Below, in pieces: positions 1 through 9,035 of a stretch of DNA of 64,000 nucleotides. Every line of letters starts with the position of its first letter. The stretch's first letter is position 1. A model generated the notes under the pieces. The model made no database searches. It had not been told where the DNA came from and saw only the letters and a list, made by a program, of their open reading frames with translations. The position numbers were made by a program, and so were the translations under genes. Location of the stretch: positions 68,969-132,968 of the forward strand of contig CAZHYL010000002.1 in assembly GCA_964536745.1 (NCBI GenBank), given 5' to 3'. The stretch comes from an uncultured Candidatus Saccharibacteria bacterium (GTDB lineage Bacteria; Patescibacteriota; Doudnabacteria; UBA920).

Positions 1-1032
1 CCAGACATTCAGGAATTCGTCTTTAGCCTGATCTAATCTACAAAACACATGAGCATCATCTTGAGCAAACGCTCTTACTCGAGATAATCCGGAAAGTTCC
101 CCAGATTGTTCGTCTCGGTAGCAAGCAGTTGTATTGGCGTATCTTTGTGGAAGTTCACGGTAGCTCCAGCGCTTTCTGTTATAGATTTGAGTATGATGAG
201 GACAATTCATGGGTTTCATTGCGAATTCATGTCCTTCACGAGTAGTGATTCTAAACAATTCATCTTTAAATTTATCCCAATGTCCGCTAGTTTCGTATAA
301 ATCTTTTTTGGTGATGTGAGGAATTTCAACTTTCTGATAACCTTTTGGTTTGCGAAGTTGCCAGACAAAGTCATCTAACAGATGTCTTACCATTGTTCCT
401 TTTGGTGTCCACAACGGTAGTCCTGCGCCGACAAGGTCAGAGAAAACAAATAAATCCAATTCTGGACCAAGTTTCTTATGATCACGCTTTAGGGCTTCTT
501 CGCGCATATTTAAGTACTCATCAAGTTCGGCTTTAGTATCGAATGCCAAACCATAGATGCGAGTCATCATTGGATTTTTTTCATCACCTCGCCAGTATGC
601 GCCAGCTAGTTTGTCGAGCTTAAAAGAGTCGGTATCGATTTCTGAAGTGTTTACCACGTGACCGCCCCTACAAAGATCTATAAATTCCCCGGTCTGGTAT
701 AACGAAATCTGTTCGCCAGATTTTTCCAACTCGGAAATCAAATCTAATTTAAAATCTTGGTTTTTGTCTTTGAAGAAGTCTTTTGCTTCAGCATAGCTTT
801 TTTCCTGTCTCTCAAAATCTAAATTAGATTTAGCTAACTCTTTCATTCTTTTTTCGAGTTTTGGTAAATCATCGGTAGAGAGCGGACTCGAAAATATAAA
901 ATCATAGTAAAAACCATTATCGATTACCGGACCAATACCTAGTTTTGCATCTGGATATTGTTCCAGTACAGCGCTTGCTAAAAGATGTGCTAGCGAATGA
1001 CGCTTATTGTTGAGTTGTTCTTGATTTGGCAT
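1..1032 (-). CDS. thrS: Threonyl-tRNA synthetase, 5' part of the gene. The CDS runs off the window start; the N-terminus is at 1032.
   Basis: Manual translation of the minus strand from the ATG at 1030-1032 gives MPNQEQLNNKRHSLAHLLASAVLEQYPDAKLGIGPVIDNGFYYDF...DHKKLGPELDLF...GHWDKFKDELF...KPMNCPHHTQIY. These are the class II ThrRS tRNA_SAD HxxxH region and catalytic core motifs. The ORF track only shows spurious antisense ORFs here. Confidence 0.85.
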   Translation of the reverse strand, partial: MPNQEQLNNKRHSLAHLLASAVLEQYPDAKLGIGPVIDNGFYYDFIFSSPLSTDDLPKLEKRMKELAKSNLDFERQEKSYAEAKDFFKDKNQDFKLDLISELEKSGEQISLYQTGEFIDLCRGGHVVNTSEIDTDSFKLDKLAGAYWRGDEKNPMMTRIYGLAFDTKAELDEYLNMREEALKRDHKKLGPELDLFVFSDLVGAGLPLWTPKGTMVRHLLDDFVWQLRKPKGYQKVEIPHITKKDLYETSGHWDKFKDELFRITTREGHEFAMKPMNCPHHTQIYNRKRWSYRELPQRYANTTACYRDEQSGELSGLSRVRAFAQDDAHVFCRLDQAKDEFLNVW

Positions 1033-1053
1033 GGTTATAGTGTTAATAAACAA

Positions 1054-1104
1054 AACCCCAGAACTTTAAACAATTTTCTCGTTCAAGGCTCTGGGGTCTT
1101 TTAT
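1054..1104. terminator. Hairpin with extended stem (CCCCAGA...TCTGGGG) flanked by A/T runs. Probably a rho-independent terminator for dnaE; usable on either strand.
   Basis: Inverted repeat aaccccagaac...ctctggggtctttt seen directly in the sequence. Confidence 0.4.
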
Positions 1105-1583
1105 TTATAATAATAGACGATTCCGTCCCAGTTCTCCCGAGTTATACACGGGACTTTTAGTATTTAATTTGTTTGAGCTATTCGGTTGGTAGCCGTTTTA
1201 AGCACTCAAAAAATACAATCCAATTATATACTATTTTTGCAGAAAAAGAAACCCCGAATCTAAATGATTCGGGGCACGAGGAGAAGATAGTCGCTGACAG
1301 GAAAAATGAAAGAGAATAGCAGAGAAAGAAAAGAATAACGGAAAAATAAGAAAAAATGCGACTATAGGAAATGTCCTCCTTGGACAAAAGGGTGGTGGCT
1401 GAAGAGAAATGAATTATACATCAGCCATCGGAGCTCTCAGAATAGAGAGCTGGAGAGAAAATTGATGGGGATTAAGAAACTTAAAGCCCCCATAGTATCA
1501 CTTGCATAAGCAAGCTTAGAGATTTAGACTGCAAGCAATCTTTATCTCACTTTTAGTATACTCTTTGAGGGCTGTTTGTCAAG

Positions 1584-4500
1584 CTAAAAATCCATCCGGT
1601 CATAAATCATTGTGACCTCAGGGATATTGCGAAGTTGTTGTATAAGTGAGCTGGTGATACGAACACTGCTCTTAGTTTTTATAGTATTAGCCTCACCACC
1701 GCTTCCTACATTTAAATATACTTGTGCTTGTCCTGGATTTGCTTCTAGGAGCTGCTTTATTTTGTGAAGAGTTGCCTGATTCTTAATATCGGGAAGGTGA
1801 ATGGTGAGTTGTTTTTGCTTTTCAAGTTCTGCAATTGCCATAAAATACAATTCATCGTTAGGTAAATCTTTGATCTCATTTGCGATTAGTTTTGGCTCGC
1901 CGTCTTTGTAAGAAATTTTTCCACTAACTCTTATCACAGAATCGGAGTCTAGATAGGGAACAGCTGCTGGCATAACTGTCGGGAAGACTAAGACTTCCAC
2001 TCCACCCGTTTTATCTTCTAGAGTGAAGAATGCCATCGGGTCATTTTTCTTTGTGATTGTTCTTTTGGATTTAGTGATAATGCCTGCCACTTGAACAGCA
2101 TGGTTATCCATATTTTCATTTATATCTTTTATTTTTAAATACTCCTTTGCGACTTCAGTAAATTGATCTAGCGGATGACCAGTTACAAAAAGCCCCAAAT
2201 GTTCTTTTTCGTATCTTAGTCTGTCTGTTTCGCTCATTGGTTTTGCGGGTTGTAGTTTTAGCTTTCCAATTTGCATGGATTTCCCGAACAGAGAACTTTG
2301 ACCAGAATTGTTATTTTTCGTATGTTCACGTAGGAAATCTAAGACGTGTTCAGTGCTGGCTAATAATTCTGCTCGTTCACCAAACATATCTAAAGCACCT
2401 GCTTTGACCAAAGCTTCCCAAGATTTTTTATTTAAATTCTTTGTATAACACTTTAGTAAAAAGTCTTCGAGATTGTCGAATTTTATACCAGCTTTGTGGC
2501 AATCAATTATTTTTCTTACCACATCTGACCCAAGATTTTTTATTGCCCTAAGTCCAAAGCGAATTGTTTTTTCATTAATAACAGTAAAGTCGCCATAGCT
2601 TTCAGTTACTGCTGGAGGTAAAACAGAAATGCCTAAAGCTTTACACTCTTCTACTGCAGCGTAAATTTTATCTTCATCACCACTCTCTGCTGTCATTAAC
2701 GAAGCCATAAACTCTACAGTGTAGTTAGCTTTCATGTAAGCAGTTTGGTAAGAAACTTGGCTGTATGATGCAGCGTGAGCTTTGTTAAACCCATAAGCTG
2801 CGAAAGGTTCGATAAGTTTGAATAATTCTTCTGCTTGAACGGCAGGCATCCCACCGGCGATACAACCTGAAGTAAACTTTTCCTTTTGCTTGGCCATTTC
2901 TGCTGGAATTTTTTTACCCATAGCTTTTCTTAACTTGTCGGCTTCTTCCCATGTATAACCAGCAATTCTAATCGCTGTTAGCAAAACATCATCTTGGTAA
3001 ACCAATAATCCTAAAGAACGCGCTAAGTAATCTTCCATTTCAGGTACAAAGAATTTAACTAAGCTAGGATTTTTTTTGCGCGCAATGTATTCGGGGATAA
3101 TACCCATAGGGCCCGGTCGATATAACGCTATCATTGCTGAAATATCAAAAATTGTGTTTGGTTGAAGTTCTTTTAGATAACGGGTCATTCCAGATGATCC
3201 TAGTTGAAATACACCAAAGGTAAATCCGTTCGAAAGTAATTCAAAGGTCTTTGTATCATTCAAAGGAATTTGGTTTGGATCAATCACGATTCCGTGTCTA
3301 ATTTTTACAAGTCTAATTGCTTGCTCTAAAATTGATAGGTTTCTAATCCCTAACAAATCCATTTTAATTACACCAATCGCATGACTGTCTGCGCCAACGT
3401 CTAGCGCATACATATCATATTGTGTGATTAAGCGATTACCATCTGGTTCAGTCTGAAGTGGGGTATAGTCTGTGAGTGGTGTAGGGGTGATTGCTAGAGC
3501 TGCTGCATGAATCGAGGCATGTCTAACACACCCTTCCAATTTATGAGCGATATCGATAATTTTTTTTGTTTCTTCGTCGGTTTCGTAAATGGCTTTGAGC
3601 TCTGGGTTCTGATCCATTGCTTTATCTAAAGTCATCAAAAAGCCTTGTTTCCCAAGAGGAATCATTTTGGCGATACGATCACACTTTCCGTAAGGGACTG
3701 CTAAGGCTCTGCCTACATCTCTTACCACTGCACGAGCTTTCATGGTTCCAAAGGTAATGATCTGTGCAACTTTGTCGTGTCCATATTTATCAGAAATCCA
3801 AGCAATAACTTCATCGCGTCTATCATCGGCAATGTCTAAATCGATATCAGGAGGTGTGGGGCGATGTTTGGTTAAGAATCGTTCGAAGGGAAGTTGATAT
3901 TCGAGTGGGTCAATCGCACTAATTTTGAGCAGGTAACCAACAATACTTCCAGCAGCACTACCTCTTGTATTAGTTAACGCACCAAGTCCATGTGCACCTG
4001 CGACAATATCTGCCACCATTAAAAAGTACACTGCAAAGCCCATCTGACAAATAATGTCGAGCTCATATTCGATACGTTCAACTACAGTATCCGATAATAT
4101 TTTTGTTTCGTAGACTTCATATGCTCTTTCGTACACAATACGTTTCAGTTCTGACTCTGCAGTAGTACCTTCTGGTAATTCCACTTTGGCAAAGTACCGC
4201 TGATTGATTGGAATTTCAATATCAATTTGGGAAGCGATTTTTTGAGTGTTTGCGATGGCCTCTGGTAAATCTGAAAACTTTTTTATCATTTCACTTGGGC
4301 TAGAGAGTGAAAGGTCGTGGGATCTCATATCTAGTCGATTAGGGTCATCAACATTTTTCCCAGTGCCAATACAAACCATAACGTCCTGCGCTTCGGCATC
4401 GTCTTTATTAATATAGTGGCAATCTTGGGTTGCTACGATTCCAATATCAAACTTTTTACCCAATTCAACTAAAAGGTCATTTGGCATCAGTTCATGCCCG

Positions 4501-5039
4501 TCTAGCGAATTTCGCTGTAGTTCTAAATAAAAATTTTCTTTGCCAAATATTTCCAAGTGTTTTTTGAGTGCTTCTTCAGCCGCTTCAACTGATACCTTGA
4601 AGGCTCTCGGGATTTGACCTCTAGGGCAACCAGACAAAGCAATTAGGCCTTCACTGTGCTTACGAAGGAGCTCTAAATCTATTCTGGGTTTGTAGTAATA
4701 ACCCTCGAGATGAGCTTGGGTGGTTAGTTTTATTAAATTGAGATAACCTTGGTAGTTTTTTGCAAGCAGGGTAAGGTGGTGATAATCGGCATCAATTTTT
4801 CCCTCTTTTACTAACATACCTCGCGGGGCAATATATGCTTCCATCCCAATAATTGGCTTAATCTCCTCTGCAATGCAGGTGTTGTAGAATTCAATCGCAC
4901 CGTACATCACGCCATGATCCGTGATTGCCAGACTAGACATACCCATTTCTTTGGCAGATTTAACTAGCGATGAGATCTTTGAGAGTCCATCCAAAAGGGA
5001 AAAATGGGAGTGGCAATGTAAATGGGTGAATTGCTCCAT
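1584..5039 (-). CDS. dnaE: DNA polymerase III alpha subunit
   Basis: 1151 aa. N-terminal PHP domain (HLHCHSHFSLLDG...ITDHG), polymerase core and OB fold. Confidence 0.95.
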   Translation of the reverse strand: MEQFTHLHCHSHFSLLDGLSKISSLVKSAKEMGMSSLAITDHGVMYGAIEFYNTCIAEEIKPIIGMEAYIAPRGMLVKEGKIDADYHHLTLLAKNYQGYLNLIKLTTQAHLEGYYYKPRIDLELLRKHSEGLIALSGCPRGQIPRAFKVSVEAAEEALKKHLEIFGKENFYLELQRNSLDGHELMPNDLLVELGKKFDIGIVATQDCHYINKDDAEAQDVMVCIGTGKNVDDPNRLDMRSHDLSLSSPSEMIKKFSDLPEAIANTQKIASQIDIEIPINQRYFAKVELPEGTTAESELKRIVYERAYEVYETKILSDTVVERIEYELDIICQMGFAVYFLMVADIVAGAHGLGALTNTRGSAAGSIVGYLLKISAIDPLEYQLPFERFLTKHRPTPPDIDLDIADDRRDEVIAWISDKYGHDKVAQIITFGTMKARAVVRDVGRALAVPYGKCDRIAKMIPLGKQGFLMTLDKAMDQNPELKAIYETDEETKKIIDIAHKLEGCVRHASIHAAALAITPTPLTDYTPLQTEPDGNRLITQYDMYALDVGADSHAIGVIKMDLLGIRNLSILEQAIRLVKIRHGIVIDPNQIPLNDTKTFELLSNGFTFGVFQLGSSGMTRYLKELQPNTIFDISAMIALYRPGPMGIIPEYIARKKNPSLVKFFVPEMEDYLARSLGLLVYQDDVLLTAIRIAGYTWEEADKLRKAMGKKIPAEMAKQKEKFTSGCIAGGMPAVQAEELFKLIEPFAAYGFNKAHAASYSQVSYQTAYMKANYTVEFMASLMTAESGDEDKIYAAVEECKALGISVLPPAVTESYGDFTVINEKTIRFGLRAIKNLGSDVVRKIIDCHKAGIKFDNLEDFLLKCYTKNLNKKSWEALVKAGALDMFGERAELLASTEHVLDFLREHTKNNNSGQSSLFGKSMQIGKLKLQPAKPMSETDRLRYEKEHLGLFVTGHPLDQFTEVAKEYLKIKDINENMDNHAVQVAGIITKSKRTITKKNDPMAFFTLEDKTGGVEVLVFPTVMPAAVPYLDSDSVIRVSGKISYKDGEPKLIANEIKDLPNDELYFMAIAELEKQKQLTIHLPDIKNQATLHKIKQLLEANPGQAQVYLNVGSGGEANTIKTKSSVRITSSLIQQLRNIPEVTMIYDRMDF

Positions 5040-5093
5040 GTTTAGCCTTTAATTTGCTATACTTAAATTATCATAACATACTGAATTTAGCTT

Positions 5094-5942
5094 ATGGCAT
5101 CTATTAAGGAAAACATAGAAATACAAACTGGCGGGGCTGTTCTAGCTGCACAGGAGGGTTTGTATAAGAGTAAACAAACCTTTTTCAATCTCCCACTCTG
5201 GGAGAGAATACTTTTAATAATCGTTCTGGTCTCCTTAGTCCCTGGTTATACAGCTGTTCGCTATGGTACAGAGTTGGTCTTAACGAAACTTAATGCCAGA
5301 GATTCATTAGTTGCCCAGCCATCATTTTCTGTTCCAGAACCCTTAGAAGTAGGGAAGGTTACAGTTATCAAGAATGCTAATGACACGTATTCAGCATTTG
5401 CTACTGTTACGAATCCGAATTTAGATTTAGCTCTACCAAATTTAAAGTACACTTTTAAGTTTAGTACTAGTAACGCAGAACAGGTTGCGACTCAAGGCGG
5501 TCAGAATTATTTATTACCAGATCAGCAAAAATTAATCGTTGCGCCACGAGTAGTTAGCTCGCAATCCATAACTAGTGCAACCATCGAAATAGAAGAACCA
5601 CAATGGCAAAAACGATTAACTGTTCCTGAAGTTGAATTGCGAATGGCCGAGCCTTATGTCTATGAAGAAGTGAACCCTTTAGCTACAATCGTTGAGGGAT
5701 CAGTTGTTAATAATAGTGAGTTTGCATTGAAGCAAGCATCATTGGTAATAGTTTTATACGGGGATAACAATAAAATCTTGGCTGTTTCTCAAAGAGAAGA
5801 GTATACTCTAAAACCTTACGAACGAAGAGCTTACCGACTTTCTTGGCCGGGAATAAACAGAGCTTCAGTTAAAAAAGTAGATTTAAAAGCATATACAAAT
5901 TTGTTAGATGAAACCAATCTCTCAGTAGATACAGAAAGGTAA
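5094..5942 (+). CDS. Hypothetical membrane-anchored protein
   Basis: 282 aa ORF with one N-terminal TM segment (ILLIIVLVSLVPGY). No recognisable domain. Confidence 0.6.
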   Translation: MASIKENIEIQTGGAVLAAQEGLYKSKQTFFNLPLWERILLIIVLVSLVPGYTAVRYGTELVLTKLNARDSLVAQPSFSVPEPLEVGKVTVIKNANDTYSAFATVTNPNLDLALPNLKYTFKFSTSNAEQVATQGGQNYLLPDQQKLIVAPRVVSSQSITSATIEIEEPQWQKRLTVPEVELRMAEPYVYEEVNPLATIVEGSVVNNSEFALKQASLVIVLYGDNNKILAVSQREEYTLKPYERRAYRLSWPGINRASVKKVDLKAYTNLLDETNLSVDTER

Positions 5943-7046
5943 TTGATGAGTTCAGTGTTTAACAAGCTTAAATTTTTTGATATACCGCTGCTTGTTGTCA
6001 GCGGTCTATTATTAGTTGTGGGATTAGCGGTGCAGTACGCCATATCCTTAGGAGAAGGAAATTTAGAATTTTTCTATAGACAGGCAATCTTTGCCTTAGG
6101 TTCTATTGTTGTGTTTGCATTGGTAGCAAATTATAATTATCAAATTTTAGCTAAGCGCAATCGGATCTTTTATATAATTTTAGTTTTTGCTTTGCTCTAT
6201 TTAGTTGTCTTTGGTGACCCTATCCGTGGAAGTGCAAGGTGGATAGAATTAGGGTTTTTCAGACTTCAGCCTGCCGAGCTAGCTAAAATTATCATCGCTT
6301 TGGGTTTATCCCGTTGGCTTTATTTAAATAGAGGGCAGATTAATTCGTGGAAAAATATTATCACCACATTTTTATATGCTGGTATACCTGCGGTGTTAAT
6401 TGCTCTAGAGCCAGACTTGGGCTCAACGATAATCATTTTAGCAATCTGGTTTGGAATTATACTTCTAAGCCCAATTAAAAAATCTTATATAGCCATTTTC
6501 ATCTTGGCCGGTTTGATTTTTGCTGGCACTGCGTGGGCATTTTTATTGCAAGACTATCAGATTAACAGAATTGAAGTATTCTTAAATCCCGATAAGGATC
6601 CACAAGGTAAAGGCTATAATGTCCGGCAAGCGATGATTGCAGTTGGTAGTGGACAATGGTTTGGCAGGGGATTAGGGCAAGGGGTTCAAAGTGGTTTAAA
6701 GTTTTTACCAGAAAAACATACTGATTTCGTATTCGCAGCTAGTAGTGAAGAAGTCGGCTTAGTGGGCTCGGTTTCAATTTTAATTTTGTTCTTTATATTA
6801 ATGTACCGGACTTTGGCAGTGATGAAACTCGCAAGGGATGATTTGGGTATGTACATAGCTGGTGGGGTATTTTTCTTTTTCGCCTCACAGGTAGTTATTA
6901 ATATCGGTATGAACATTGGGCTACTGCCCGTTACTGGAATTCCACTTCCATTAATTACTTATGGGGGTAGTGCGATGCTAGTTACTGCGATTGCCTTAGG
7001 GGTTGTGCAGAACATCGCAAAACAGTCAAAAGTACTAAGGTTTTAA
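5943..7046 (+). CDS. SEDS-family peptidoglycan glycosyltransferase (FtsW/RodA/SpoVE), probably RodA
   Basis: 367 aa polytopic membrane protein with SEDS hallmarks. A second copy in dcw context at 50684 is the likelier FtsW. Confidence 0.85.
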   Translation: MMSSVFNKLKFFDIPLLVVSGLLLVVGLAVQYAISLGEGNLEFFYRQAIFALGSIVVFALVANYNYQILAKRNRIFYIILVFALLYLVVFGDPIRGSARWIELGFFRLQPAELAKIIIALGLSRWLYLNRGQINSWKNIITTFLYAGIPAVLIALEPDLGSTIIILAIWFGIILLSPIKKSYIAIFILAGLIFAGTAWAFLLQDYQINRIEVFLNPDKDPQGKGYNVRQAMIAVGSGQWFGRGLGQGVQSGLKFLPEKHTDFVFAASSEEVGLVGSVSILILFFILMYRTLAVMKLARDDLGMYIAGGVFFFFASQVVINIGMNIGLLPVTGIPLPLITYGGSAMLVTAIALGVVQNIAKQSKVLRF

Positions 7047-7095
7047 CTCTTTAAGTTTATATTCTGGTTTGATATAATAGTAATGAAAGGACACT

Positions 7096-7455
7096 ATGCG
7101 TAAATATGACATCAAAAAAGTACTGGGTTGGTTAGGATTTATGTTGCAATGCCCAGTCTGTAGTACTAAGTATCAATTTTCAAATATTAAAGTTTTAGAC
7201 AGTCAGCAAGAAGAAGAATTACCAGATGCGCACTTACTTATCCATTCTGATTGCCACAAGTGCAAGAGCTCCGTTATGTTTAATATCGATATTAGCGGAA
7301 CGGATGTATTCACAGTTATCGCTAAAACCGATTTAACGAAAAAAGATAGTTCAAGGTTTAGTGATTTACCTGCGCTAGCAGTAGATGATTGTATAAAGAT
7401 TCATCAATCGATCCAAAACTTTGATGGAGACTTTATCCGAGCAATTAAGAGATAA
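7096..7455 (+). CDS. Hypothetical zinc-ribbon protein
   Basis: 119 aa with CPVC...CHKC cysteine pairs. Confidence 0.5.
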   Translation: MRKYDIKKVLGWLGFMLQCPVCSTKYQFSNIKVLDSQQEEELPDAHLLIHSDCHKCKSSVMFNIDISGTDVFTVIAKTDLTKKDSSRFSDLPALAVDDCIKIHQSIQNFDGDFIRAIKR

Positions 7456-7470
7456 TAAATTTCATTGATA

Positions 7471-7506
7471 AAAACAAAAAGGCGATCCAAGCTAGGGTCG
7501 CCTTTT
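7471..7506. terminator. Bidirectional rho-independent terminator (GGCGATCC-aagcta-GGGTCGCC) with A-run and T-run flanks
   Basis: Perfect 8-bp stem seen in the sequence between convergent genes 7096-7455 and 7530-7730. Confidence 0.6.
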
Positions 7507-7529
7507 ATACTATTCAGTGGTTACAGATG

Positions 7530-7730
7530 CTAAATTCTGATGCGCGTGGCGTAATGTACGCCGTTGGTCTCGATCCCGCGCTTGCGCAGCCGAGCCGTTG
7601 CCAGATGGTTTATACCGCCGACTTCGATCTTCTCAACCGCATGGCCGTTGCCGTTGCGGATAACGATTCTCTCGCCTTCGCGAAACTGGACTGTTCCTTG
7701 TCCTGAAACCTGAAAGTTATTCTTTGCCAT
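7530..7730 (-). CDS. Small high-GC protein of unknown function, possibly a DUF2945/Tudor-like beta-barrel protein. Likely horizontally acquired.
   Basis: 66 aa with a GAGGAGA RBS 6 nt upstream of the ATG. About 55% GC with GC-rich third codon positions (cgc, ggc, aac, atc) in a roughly 35% GC genome. Motif FREGERIVIRNGNGHAVEKIEV. Confidence 0.6.
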   Translation of the reverse strand: MAKNNFQVSGQGTVQFREGERIVIRNGNGHAVEKIEVGGINHLATARLRKRGIETNGVHYATRIRI

Positions 7731-7904
7731 TTTTCTCTCCTCTGTGTTTTCTAGCCCTTAAAAAAGAACCATCAAACTATAACATATTTTCATATATTTG
7801 TCAATAAGGCCTTTTCTCGAATAAATTTTTAACTATTTACCTTATAGACCTTGCCAAAAATATTTATTTGTTATACAATGTTTGGGTACTTATTACTTAT
7901 ATTT

Positions 7905-8585
7905 ATGGAAAAAATTCAGTTAAAAGTTGCTGCAAGAGAATTAAATTCTCGAGATGCTAAGCCAGTTTACAGAGCAGGTATGATCCCTGCAGAGCTTTAT
8001 GGTCACAATATTCAAAACACCCATTTAGCCGTTGATGCGATTGAATTTGATAAAGTTCTTCGCAAAGCTGGTGAAAGCACAATTATAGAATTGGTTATGC
8101 CAGATGGCAAAACCAATAATGTTCTTATTCAAGACGTTCAGAATCATTATTTAACTACTAAACCAATCCATGTAGATTTCTTTGCTGTAAACATGTCCGA
8201 AAAGCTTACAGCTGGTGTTCAGATCGAATTTATCGGTGAGTCCGATGCTGTAAGAGTCTTGGCAGGTACTTTGGTCAAGGTAATGACTGAAGTTGAAGTG
8301 GAATGTTTACCAACCGATTTACCTCAACATTTCGAAGTAGATATTTCTAAATTAGCTACTTTCAACGATGTTATTGAAATTAAAGATATACCAGTTTCCG
8401 ATAAAGTTAAAATTTTAGCAGAACCAGATGAAGTAGTTGCTAAAGTACAACCACCTCGTGATATGGAAGCAGAATTGCAAGCCGAACAAGTTGATGAAGC
8501 CGCAGCTGTTGCTGCAGCAGTTGGTCCAGAACCTACTGCAGAAAGTGAAGAACCTGCCGAAGAATCTAAAGAAAAATCTGAATAA
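7905..8585 (+). CDS. rplY: Ribosomal protein L25 / general stress protein Ctc
   Basis: L25 beta-barrel N-terminal domain (KVAARELNSRDAKPVYRAGMIPAELYGHN...) plus an acidic C-terminal extension. Start chosen at the internal Met (MEKIQL) rather than the track start at 7851. Confidence 0.85.
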   Translation: MEKIQLKVAARELNSRDAKPVYRAGMIPAELYGHNIQNTHLAVDAIEFDKVLRKAGESTIIELVMPDGKTNNVLIQDVQNHYLTTKPIHVDFFAVNMSEKLTAGVQIEFIGESDAVRVLAGTLVKVMTEVEVECLPTDLPQHFEVDISKLATFNDVIEIKDIPVSDKVKILAEPDEVVAKVQPPRDMEAELQAEQVDEAAAVAAAVGPEPTAESEEPAEESKEKSE

Positions 8586-8592
8586 ATAAAAA

Positions 8593-8621
8593 GCCGCTTG
8601 GTTAATCCGAGCGGTTTTTTT
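8593..8621 (+). terminator. Rho-independent terminator after rplY
   Basis: gccgcttggttaatccgagcgg followed by ttttttt. Confidence 0.55.
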
Positions 8622-8976
8622 CTTGTATTAAATCTTGCTTGATGTAGTGATCACATAATCCCCAGAAGAACCCTGTAGCTAAAGTAAATATACCCAAAGC
8701 GAAGCCAACACCTTCTTTGTCGTTGGGTTGATCCCAAAACCAAAACATTATTATCTGTCCAAATAGAAATAGGACAACTGCCGCAATTCTATAATCGGCT
8801 ACTTCGCCACTCATTCTTATCCCTAGCCTTAAAAAAAAGATTCCTTGAGCCAGAACCCATACAGCTAAATAGGGCGAGATCCTCGGAGCGTAAATGTTGT
8901 TGGTGAATGCGAGCTCGCATAGGGACATACCTAATAGTAAGACAAGTAAGCTGATGTACAATATCAAGTTTTTCAT
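8602..8976 (-). CDS. Hypothetical integral membrane protein
   Basis: 124 aa with four predicted hydrophobic segments. Confidence 0.5.
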   Translation of the reverse strand: MKNLILYISLLVLLLGMSLCELAFTNNIYAPRISPYLAVWVLAQGIFFLRLGIRMSGEVADYRIAAVVLFLFGQIIMFWFWDQPNDKEGVGFALGIFTLATGFFWGLCDHYIKQDLIQEKNRSD

Positions 8977-9035
8977 AAAGACCTCCCGAAATTTGTGCGT
9001 TTCTGTATGGTATCAATAAAGCCAGTGGTTGCCAA

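Noticed and set aside
106-536. Track ORFs 106-300 (+) and 345-536 (+)
   Set aside because: They lie antisense inside the well-supported thrS coding region and have no homology signal. They are spurious.
1178-1387. 69-aa minus-strand ORF in the dnaE-thrS spacer
   Set aside because: Low-complexity S/F-rich translation of a pyrimidine-rich strand with no RBS. The region is treated as non-coding.
1380-1400. T-box riboswitch for thrS (AGGGTGGTGG box)
   Set aside because: The T-box-like motif is on the plus strand, while thrS is transcribed on the minus strand. The minus-strand leader is pyrimidine-rich and shows no specifier or antiterminator architecture.
7500-7740. High-GC segment as a structured RNA (SRP/6S/riboswitch) rather than a protein gene
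   Set aside because: The GC is concentrated at third codon positions of a clean 66-codon frame with a strong RBS and flanking terminator. No SRP domain-IV-like motif is present. It is therefore called as a CDS.
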